From Deltaproteobacteria bacterium (lineage in GTDB: Bacteria; Myxococcota_A; UBA796; SXON01): a DNA stretch of 46,425 nucleotides. Under the pieces are notes generated by a model. That model worked only from the letters and a program-made list of their open reading frames with translations. It did no database searches and was not told the origin of the DNA. Made by a program: the position numbers and the translations under genes. Position 1 is the stretch's first letter. The number at the start of each line of letters is the position of its first letter. The DNA lies in contig VGRE01000003.1 in the NCBI GenBank assembly GCA_016875435.1, positions 1 through 46,425 of the forward strand, read 5' to 3'. Shown piece after piece: positions 1-8,300 of the stretch.

Positions 1-177
1 ACCACGGCGATGCGGGCCTTCGCCACCCGCCTCCGCGAGCGTGGCCTAGTGGCCGTGCACGCCACGCTCGAGACCAGCCAGGGTTTCACGGAGGTGAGCG
101 CCGCCGAGCCGCAGTGGATCCAGGCGCTCACCCACGCGGCCGCCCTCGTGCTCCCCGCGCCCCAGTGTCCAGGGTAG
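1..177 (+). CDS. 3' end of a hypothetical protein (partial, begins before the window)
   Basis: Frame 1 is open from base 1 to TAG at 175-177 (TTAMRAFATRLRERGLVAVHATLETSQGF...), with GC-rich third codon positions; family not recognised. Confidence 0.55.
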   Translation, partial: TTAMRAFATRLRERGLVAVHATLETSQGFTEVSAAEPQWIQALTHAAALVLPAPQCPG

Positions 178-355
178 GCTCCCGCCGTCGCGACGGCACT
201 GTAGCTCGCGTCGCCCCCCCCCCCGCATAGTCCGATCGCGTAATCCACATGACCGTCCGGCGAGTTGCCACGGGCGAGGCAGGTCGCGACCAGGGCTGTT
301 GTAGAGTTGCGACTATTTGTATTTCTAGCCGGTCGTCTGCCGGGCGCGCCGGGGC

Positions 356-1498
356 TCAGCCCAGCTCGTCCCAGAGCCGCCCGATGGCCAGTGCATGGAT
401 TCGATCCGCCAGGGGGAAACTTCGGGTGCCCGCGTGGACGACGAACAACTTGTCGAGCTCCAGGTCGGCCAGGGCCACGTGCATCGACCTCGTGGTGGAG
501 GGACTCTCGGTGCGCTTGAACTCGAAGCCCAGCCGGCGCCCGCCCACTTCCACGTAGAGGTCGAGCTCCGCGCCCCCGTGCGTGCCCCAGAACCAGCATT
601 GATCGCCGGGCACGCCCAGGCGCTCGACCACCTGGGCTAGCGCAAAGCCCTCCCAGGACGAGCCCAGCCCCGGGTGGCTCTCCACCGAGCGGGCGTCACC
701 CATTCCGAGGAGCGCGTGCAAGACCCCGGAGTCCGCAACGTAGACCTTTGGCGCTTTCACCTGGCGCTTCCCCACGTTTGCGTGCCAGGGCGGGAGCACG
801 CGCAGGAGGAGCGCGCCGGCGAGCAGGTCGACGAACTCGCGCACCCGGTGGTCGCTCATCCCGAAGGCGCGGGCCAGGTCGCTGGCGTTGAGCACGCGCC
901 CGTGGGCGTGCGCCAGCATCGTCCAGAACCGTCGTGCCGCCGGGGGTGGCAGCTTGAGCCCGAGGGCGGGCAGGTCGCGACTGAGCAGGTTCCTGATGTA
1001 GTGCTCCCGCCACTGCGACGATTCCTGCTCCGAGGCGGCCAGGACGCTGGGAGGCAGGCCGCCCCGGACGTGTAGCAGCGGCGCGTCGGCGATCTCGTCG
1101 AGCGCGAAGCCGGGCACCTCGTGCCACGCGATGCGGCCGGCCAGCGAGTCCGCGCCGTGGCGGAGGAACTCGGGCGACGCGCTGCCGAGGAGCAGGAACC
1201 GGGCGGGGCGGCCGGGGCGATCGGCCAGGACACGGAGGAGCGGGAACAGTCCGGGCTGGTGCTGCACCTCGTCGATGACCACCAGTCCTCGGAGGTGCCG
1301 GAGGGCCAGCCCCGGCTCGGCGAGGAGACCGGCATCGGCGGGGTCTTCCAGGTCGAAGAAGTGAGTGCCCTCGACCTCGGTGGCGATCGCGCGTGCAAGT
1401 GTGCTTTTTCCTGCCTGGCGCGGGCCGAGCACGCCCACCACGGGGAAGGCCTCCAGGAGCTTGCGAATGCTCTCGACGTGCCGCCGGCGGGTGATCAT
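356..1498 (-). CDS. AAA+ ATPase with DUF4143 and C-terminal PD-(D/E)xK-like domain (COG1373 type)
   Basis: Walker A GPRQAGKS, Walker B VIDEVQ, LGSAS, KAPKVYVADSG, SWEGF, C-terminal ELDLYVE...GFEFK. Confidence 0.9.
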   Translation of the reverse strand: MITRRRHVESIRKLLEAFPVVGVLGPRQAGKSTLARAIATEVEGTHFFDLEDPADAGLLAEPGLALRHLRGLVVIDEVQHQPGLFPLLRVLADRPGRPARFLLLGSASPEFLRHGADSLAGRIAWHEVPGFALDEIADAPLLHVRGGLPPSVLAASEQESSQWREHYIRNLLSRDLPALGLKLPPPAARRFWTMLAHAHGRVLNASDLARAFGMSDHRVREFVDLLAGALLLRVLPPWHANVGKRQVKAPKVYVADSGVLHALLGMGDARSVESHPGLGSSWEGFALAQVVERLGVPGDQCWFWGTHGGAELDLYVEVGGRRLGFEFKRTESPSTTRSMHVALADLELDKLFVVHAGTRSFPLADRIHALAIGRLWDELG

Positions 1499-1504
1499 CC
1501 GTGA

Positions 1505-1533
1505 AGTTTATGAAACCCATGTCGAGATTTCAA
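1505..1533 (-). promoter_or_regulatory. sigma70-type promoter for the AAA ATPase gene, probably leaderless
   Basis: Minus strand reads TTGAAA-17 nt-TAAACT-6 nt-ATG(1498) within an AT-rich patch; no SD. Confidence 0.75.
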
Positions 1534-1570
1534 GGAAGTTACCCCGCCACCCACCTGGATACCCCGCCCC

Positions 1571-2230
1571 GTGCGCGGCTACACCCTCCTCGACACGGCA
1601 CGTACCCCCGACGGGGTGGAGCTGAGCCTGTGCGAGCGCGGCCCCGAGCTCGTGATCCGGGCCCACGGCATCGACCTGATGTCGAACCGGATGCACGGGT
1701 CGGAGGCCCAGATGGCGGCGCTGGCCCGGTGCCCGCGCGAGGGCGCCCGGGTGCTCGTGGGCGGCCTCGGCATGGGCTACACCGCCCGCGCGGCGCTCGA
1801 CCTGTTGCCCGCGGGCGGATCGGTGACGGTGTGCGAGCTGGTGCCCGCGGTGGTGGACTGGAATCGCGTCCGCCTCGGCCACCTCGCGGGCCACCCGCTG
1901 CGCGACCCTCGCCTCTCGCTGGTGGTGGGCGACGTGGCCGCGCTGTTGCGTGACACCCCGGGCGCATGGGACAGCATCCTGCTCGATGTCGACAACGGTC
2001 CCCGGGCCTTCACCGAGGAGGCCAACGCGAAGCTGTACGCCAGCGGCGGCCTGGGTGTCACGCTGCGCGCGTTGCGCGGGGGCGGCGCCGTGGCGTACTG
2101 GTCGGCCTTCGAGGATCGCGAGTTCGCGCGGCGGCTGGCGAGGGCTGGATTCCGCGCGGAGGAACACAAGGTGCGGGCGCGCGGCGTGAACCGCGGGCCG
2201 TGGCACTGGGTTTACGTGGGGCGGGGGTAG
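1571..2230 (+). CDS. Spermidine-synthase-like class I SAM-dependent methyltransferase
   Basis: LMSNRMHGSE, VLVGGLGMGYT (SAM motif I), ELVPAVVDWN, ILLDVDNGP, YWSA. Confidence 0.85.
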   Translation: MRGYTLLDTARTPDGVELSLCERGPELVIRAHGIDLMSNRMHGSEAQMAALARCPREGARVLVGGLGMGYTARAALDLLPAGGSVTVCELVPAVVDWNRVRLGHLAGHPLRDPRLSLVVGDVAALLRDTPGAWDSILLDVDNGPRAFTEEANAKLYASGGLGVTLRALRGGGAVAYWSAFEDREFARRLARAGFRAEEHKVRARGVNRGPWHWVYVGRG

Positions 2231-2237
2231 GCCCCCC

Positions 2238-2969
2238 CTACTCGGCGTCCCGGCAGCACCGAAACCCGGTCGAGTAGTCATGGTAGCTCGTGTCGTGCGC
2301 CGAGGTGGTGTAGTCGCACCCGGCGCCGTTGATCACCGCGTCGGCGTAGAAGCCGCCCTTGAAAGTGCCGTTGGGAACGGCAATCCACTCGTGCAGGTTG
2401 CCGTGCAGGTCGTACACGCCCTCGGGCGTGACACAACCCTCGAACTCCCCCGTTTCTGACACCGTGCCGGGCTGCTGGTTGATGCCGGGATCGTTCATGT
2501 GCTCGGTGTCCCACACGCCGTCGCTGGTGCCGAAGTAGTCCACCACCGGGTGCGAGCCGCCGTAGGTGTCGTTGCAGGCGTAGAGGTCGTAGGTGTTCCC
2601 GTAGGGGTAGGTGCGCCCCTCGGTGCCCGCGCAGGCGAGCATCCACTCGTCAAGCGTACACAGGCGCTTGCCCGCCGCCTCGCAGGCCGCGCCCGCCACC
2701 TCGCCCGAGATGTAGGCCTGGGGAACCACGCCGCCCTCGGAGGTGGCGGTGCCGTCGCTCGGCACCTCGTAGGGGCTCCAGCCCTCGAGGGTGGCCTCCC
2801 AGCGGTCGACGCACAGCTCGCGCCCCACCTGCGCCATCTCGGGCGGGCACGGGCCCTCGGGGGCGGTGTCCGCGGTGTCGTCCACCTCGGCGCTGTCCCG
2901 CCGTCCCGGGCGGCTCTTGAGATCCTCGCCCGCGTCGGGCTCGACGCATGCGAGGAGGAGGAGCAACAT
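2238..2969 (-). CDS. Formylglycine-generating-enzyme/SUMF1-fold lipoprotein
   Basis: Start at 2969 overlaps the upstream stop (TGATG); MLLLLLAC leader; ACEAAGKRLCTLDEW..AC, YPYG, GVYDLHGNLHEW, GFRCC. Confidence 0.85.
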   Translation of the reverse strand: MLLLLLACVEPDAGEDLKSRPGRRDSAEVDDTADTAPEGPCPPEMAQVGRELCVDRWEATLEGWSPYEVPSDGTATSEGGVVPQAYISGEVAGAACEAAGKRLCTLDEWMLACAGTEGRTYPYGNTYDLYACNDTYGGSHPVVDYFGTSDGVWDTEHMNDPGINQQPGTVSETGEFEGCVTPEGVYDLHGNLHEWIAVPNGTFKGGFYADAVINGAGCDYTTSAHDTSYHDYSTGFRCCRDAE

Positions 2970-5167
2970 CACACCAGGAAATACCTCGGCGCCACCTCGA
3001 CCACTCGCGTGGTGGCCACGCCGCCCTTCTGCGCGATCACCGCGTGGGCCCCGTGGACCACGTCTTCCCAGGTGAGCACCACCGCCTCTTCCAGCGACAG
3101 GTTCTGCGCGATGCCCGGCACGTACTTCTGTCCCAGCGCCCGCGCCGGGAGACCGGGGAAGTGCTCGGTGCAGTCGCCCTCGATCTGGCGAACAAAGCCG
3201 CCAAAGGTACGATCTTCGGCTGCGACCAGCAACCGTCCGGTGCGACCGACACTCTGGTACACCAGTTCCATGTCCGGGGGGACGAGCGTGCGCAGGTCGA
3301 TGATCTCCAGCTCGATGCCCTCCGCCGCGAGCTTCTGCGCCGCCGCCATGCACGTCCACACCGCGCGACCCCAGGCCACCACGGTGACATCGCGCCCGGG
3401 ACGGCGGATCACGCCCTTGCCGAGCGGCACGGCCAACTCGGGGGAAATGTCGGGGATCTCGCCGCGCATGATCGACTTCTTCAGCGCAGTGATCGCCTCG
3501 GGATCGGTGGGCTCGCCGGGGAAGGCGGGGCCCAGGGCCTGGCGGTACATCCACTTCGGTTCCAGGCACACCACGGGGCCGCGGAAACGCGCGGCGCTCA
3601 TCAGCAGGCCGTACACGTCCCACGAGGTGGACGGCATGATGATCGTGAGCCCGGGGATGGGCGTGAAGTAGCCGTCGATGCTCATCGAGTGGTACACCGC
3701 GCCGCCGCCGAAGGGGTCGACCGGGGTGCGCATGATGGTGGCGAAGTTCGTGCGGCCGTTGGTGCACCAGTACAGGTTGCCCATGTGCACGAGCCAGTGG
3801 AAGGCGTTGAGCGTGTAGTCGCCGAACTGGATCTCGGGCAGCACCACCAGATCGTCGTGCAGGCCCGCGCCGCAGCCGGTGCCGAGGATCAGCGGCTCGT
3901 TCAGCGGCGCGTCGATGATCTTGTCGGGGAAGGCCTTCTTGAGGCCGGCGGTGGCGGTCATCACCCCGCCGAGGCGGCCCACGTCTTGCCCCCAGAGCAC
4001 CCCCCGGTGGTGGGCGATGATGTTCTTGATCGCGGCGCGGATGGCGCCGGCGTAGGTGATGTTCGTCTGCCCCGACGACGCCGGCTCGGCCACCACCGGG
4101 AAGGGCGCGCGGATGTGCTCGAACACGCTCTCCGGCGGCGGCTCGGGCTCGCCGCGCACCTGGTCGAGGATGCTGCGCACCTCCTCGTCTTGCCGCGCCA
4201 TCACGTTGCCAAGCTCGTGGTGGGCGAAGAAGTCGCGACCCTCGCCTTGCACGCGCTTGAGCACGTCGCGGTCTTCCAGCACGCCGCGCGCCACCAGCTC
4301 CTGCCCGAGCTTGATGATGGGGTCGGATTGCTTGAGGTCGTAGGTGACGTCGGCCGCCGAGCTATGGCCGTTGAACCTAGGTAAGCTGTGCACGTGCATG
4401 AACACCGGCTTGCCCGTTTCCACGATGAAGCGGGCCGCCCGGTAGGTCTTCTCGAACACGTCGTCGAAGTCGCGGCCGTCGGCGCTCACGAAGTGCATGC
4501 CGAAGCTCGCAGCGTACACGCCGAAGTCCTGAATGCCGCGGCCTTCTTCCGGGGTGGTGCTGATCGCCACCCGGTTATCGGTCACGAGCAACAACGTGGG
4601 TAGTTCCCAGACCGCCGCCGCGTTCATCGCGTCGTGCAGGTCGCCCTCGGCGCTGGTGCCGTCGCCGATGATCGCCATCGACAGGGAGCCCTCGACGCCC
4701 TTGACCTTGAAGCCCTTGGCGTAGCCGGCCGCCTTGCCGAGTTGCATGCCCACCGGAGACTGCACCGGGAGAATGCCGAACTCCCGCATGTCGAGGTGGT
4801 AGACCATCTGCCGGCCGCGGGACATCTTGTCGGTGTCCTTGCTGAACTGCTGCCGCAACAGGTCGAGGGTGAACTCGCGGTAGCCGGCGAGGCGCACCCA
4901 CATCGAGACGAGCGCCCCGGAGCGGTAGTGGGGGACGATCCCGAACTTGGCGCGGTCGCAGGCCTTGTGCAGCGCGAGCGCCGTCGCCACGCCATGCACC
5001 TCCTCGCCCGGCCCCCAGATGGCGAACTTCACCTCGCCGCGGCTCACGAGGCGCACGATGTGCTCCTCGGTGCTGCGGCTGCGGGTAGCCACCTCGTAGG
5101 CCAGCCGCAGATCCTCGGCGGAGGGGACGGGGGTGTCCGCGTAGGCGGGGATCTCGAGGACGGCCAT
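2969..5167 (-). CDS. Fused alpha/beta E1 component of a 2-oxoacid (probably branched-chain) dehydrogenase, TPP-dependent
   Basis: TPP motif GDGTSAEGD...DN, GHSS, beta-part GQDVG..GGV, PLNE, EIQFGDY, HSMS, IDLRTL.P. Confidence 0.9.
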   Translation of the reverse strand: MAVLEIPAYADTPVPSAEDLRLAYEVATRSRSTEEHIVRLVSRGEVKFAIWGPGEEVHGVATALALHKACDRAKFGIVPHYRSGALVSMWVRLAGYREFTLDLLRQQFSKDTDKMSRGRQMVYHLDMREFGILPVQSPVGMQLGKAAGYAKGFKVKGVEGSLSMAIIGDGTSAEGDLHDAMNAAAVWELPTLLLVTDNRVAISTTPEEGRGIQDFGVYAASFGMHFVSADGRDFDDVFEKTYRAARFIVETGKPVFMHVHSLPRFNGHSSAADVTYDLKQSDPIIKLGQELVARGVLEDRDVLKRVQGEGRDFFAHHELGNVMARQDEEVRSILDQVRGEPEPPPESVFEHIRAPFPVVAEPASSGQTNITYAGAIRAAIKNIIAHHRGVLWGQDVGRLGGVMTATAGLKKAFPDKIIDAPLNEPLILGTGCGAGLHDDLVVLPEIQFGDYTLNAFHWLVHMGNLYWCTNGRTNFATIMRTPVDPFGGGAVYHSMSIDGYFTPIPGLTIIMPSTSWDVYGLLMSAARFRGPVVCLEPKWMYRQALGPAFPGEPTDPEAITALKKSIMRGEIPDISPELAVPLGKGVIRRPGRDVTVVAWGRAVWTCMAAAQKLAAEGIELEIIDLRTLVPPDMELVYQSVGRTGRLLVAAEDRTFGGFVRQIEGDCTEHFPGLPARALGQKYVPGIAQNLSLEEAVVLTWEDVVHGAHAVIAQKGGVATTRVVEVAPRYFLV

Positions 5168-5352
5168 CCAGCGCTCCGGGAGGGGCAGGCGCTAACACCC
5201 CCTCAGGTACCGCGCGCCGCCTACAGAGGGAGAGCCGACCCGTTGAGAAGCCCGTGAACCTTGCCGATGCCGCCTCGCTCCTGAAGTACGCCGTGGACGG
5301 CTCGCCGATGGCGTCGCGACAGAAGGTAATGGCCCACGCGTACGCGGAGTAA

Positions 5353-8300
5353 CTACAGCCCCAGGACCACCGAGAACGACCCCACGCCGGTGATGGAGCT
5401 GCTCGACTGCTCGCTCATGTCGCAGCCGTAGACGAGGTCGAGCTTGCCGTCGCCGTCGGTGTCGCCGAGACGGCCACTGCGCCCGCAGGCATCGCCGGTC
5501 TCGCCGAGGAAGGCGGCGTCGTAGTCGTCGGCGCCGAAGTCGTGGGCCCCGGCGAGCGGACCGTAGACCACGTACACCGCACCTGCGCCCGGGCCGCCCT
5601 CGGCGGCCTCCGGGGTGCCCACCACGAGGTCGACGTAGCCATCGGTATCGAGGTCGCCAGCGTCGAGCATGTAGTCGCCCAGGCTGTCGGCGCCGGTGGC
5701 GCCCACCACCGAGAAGAGCGCGTCGGCGGTGGTGCTGTCCAGGTCGCTGTAGTTGAAGAGGTAGACCGCGCCCGCGTCGATGCTGCCGTCGTCGTCGCCC
5801 GGGGACCCGGCGAGCACGTCGGCGTAGCCGTCGTTGTCGGCGTCGCCTGCGTAACGGAGCGTCGTGCCGAGGCCATCGCCGGCCGTCTCGGCGGTCACCT
5901 TGTTGGCCGCGGCCGCCGTGATCGACAGGCCCAAGCCCACGGTGTCGCCGTACATCACGTAGAAGGCGCCCGCGTCGGTACCGCCGTCGTCGTCGCCCGG
6001 CGCGCCGAACCAGGCGTCGTCTGCTCCGTCGCCATCGACGTCGGCCCCACTGCCGCCCGCGAGCGCGTAGCCCATGTAGTCGTTGTTGCTCTCGCCGGTG
6101 ACGGTGAGGACGGTGGTCGAGCCCACGTCGATGGTCACGCGCCCCCGGTAGCTGCTCGTGCCGATGTTGGCGCTGATCAGGGCATTGGAACTGCTGGAGG
6201 ACTGGTAGCTGCCGCCGGAGCAAATGGCCTCGGGGTTCAGTGCGTTCGACGTGTAGCTGTAGCTGTCGTCGGCGTCGGTGCTCAAGCTAATGACGCCCGA
6301 GCTAATTGGGCCTTCGAGAAGGTAGAAGTACCGACTCCAGGACACGTAGCCGTGGACGGCTACCTCGTCGTCGCCGTCGCCGTCGTAGTCCTCGATGGGG
6401 ACGATCACCGCCCCGACGTACTGGGTGCCGCTGGGCGAGGTGCGCTGGGCGTAGAACTCGTCGTCGGACGACTGCTCCCCGGCGGTGAGGGGGCCGCTGA
6501 AGAAGTTGGCCGTGCCGCGGTCGCTGGCGTCCACGTCGTCGCCGGTGGCGCTCACCACCACGTCGTCGATGCCGTCGCCATCGAGGTCCATGCCGGTGGC
6601 CACGGCGTAGCCTAGGCGGTCGCCGGACTCGCTCGCGTAGAACACCGAGTCGGCGTCGCCGGTGGCGGCGTAGTCGCCGGACCAGGTGCAGCTCAGGTCG
6701 CTTCCGTCGCAGTCGTTGTCGATGCCGTCCTCGCACTCCTCGCGCTCGCCGGGGTTCACGGCCGCGTCGGTGTCGTCGCAGTCGTCGCCGGTGTCCACGT
6801 AGCCACTCGGCAGGTCGCAGCTCACGCTGCTGGCGGTGGCGTCGCCGTAGCCGTCCCCATCGGCGTCGAGGTACCAGGTCGACGCCCCGGAGGCGGAGCT
6901 GTCGGCGCTGTTGGCGAGGCCGTCGCAGTCCTCGTCGGCGCCCGCGGCATCGCAGATCTCGGTGGCCGCGGGGCTGATCGCGGCGCTGCTGTCGTTGCAG
7001 TCGGTGGCGTCGGCCACGTAGCCGCTCGGGATCGTGCACGCGCTGCGGGTGGTGGCGGTGGTGCCGTAGCCGTCGGCGTCGGCGTCGCGGTACCAGGTGG
7101 CCTCGCCGGTGGCGCCCGACTCGTCGGTGCTCCCGTCGCAGTCGTTGTCGTCGCCGTCGCAAGTCTCGGTGGCGGCGGGGTTGATGGCGGCGTCGGTGTC
7201 GTCGCAGTCGCCGCCGGTCGAGAGGTAGCCGCTGGGGGCACTGCACTCCACCTCGGCGGCGGTCGCGTCGCCGTGGCCGTCGCCGTCGTCATCGGGGTAC
7301 CAGGTGAGCGCGTCGGAAGCGTCCTCGTCGGTGCTGCCGTCGCAGTCGTCGTCCTCGCCGTTGCAGTCCTCCACGCCTGCGGGAGACACTTCGGCGTCGG
7401 TGTCGTCGCAGTCGCTGCTGTTGGTCACCGTGCCGCTCGGGCCCTCGCAGGCGCTGAGCAGGCTGGCGCCGTCGCCGTAGCCGTCGCCGTCGGCATCGGT
7501 GTACCAGTTCGAGGTGCCGGTGACCGATGGATCGTCGCCGTCGGCGAGGCCGTCGCAGTCCTCGTCGGTATCGCTGCTGTCGCACACCTCGGCGTCGGCG
7601 GGGCTGATCGCGGCGCTGCTGTCGTTGCAGTCGGTGGCGTCGGCCACGTAGCCGCTCGGGATCGTGCACGCGCTGCGGGTGGTGGCGGTGGTGCCGTAGC
7701 CGTCGGCGTCGGCGTCGCGGTACCAGGTGGTCTCGCCGGTGGCGCCCGACTCGTCGGTGCTCCCGTCGCAGTCGTTGTCGTCGCCGTCGCAAGTCTCGGT
7801 GGCGGCGGGGTTGATGGCGGCGTCGGTGTCGTCGCAGTCGCCGCTGTTGCTGACGTTGCCGCTGGTGACGTCGCAAGCCAGCATGGACACCGAAGCGTTG
7901 CCGTAGCCGTCGGCGTCGGCGTCGGCGTAGGAGCGCGACTTGCCAATGACGCTCGGGTCGCTGTCGTCGGCGAGCCCGTCGCAGTCTTCGTCCGTGTCGG
8001 CGCTGTCGCACACCTCCGTCTCCCCCGGGTTGACGTTGGCGTCGCCGTCGTCGCAGTCGCTGGCGCTCGTCGCGTAGCCGGCCACGTCGTCGCAAGCGAG
8101 CATCGTGCTCGACGCGTCGCCGTAGCTGTCGCCATCGGCGTCGCGGTAGAGCGTAGACATCGAGCCGCTGCTGGTCGAGCTGTCGTCGTCGTCGGCGAGA
8201 CCGTCGCAGTCCTCGTCGGTGTCGCGGCTGTCGCACAGCTCGGTGGCGCCAGGGTTCACGTCGTCGCGGCTGTCGTCGCAGTCGGTGTCGTCGCCCACGA

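Noticed and set aside
6968-7844. Diversity-generating retroelement TR/VR pair
   Set aside because: Only one mismatch between the copies, both are in-frame modules of the same gene, and there is no reverse transcriptase in the window
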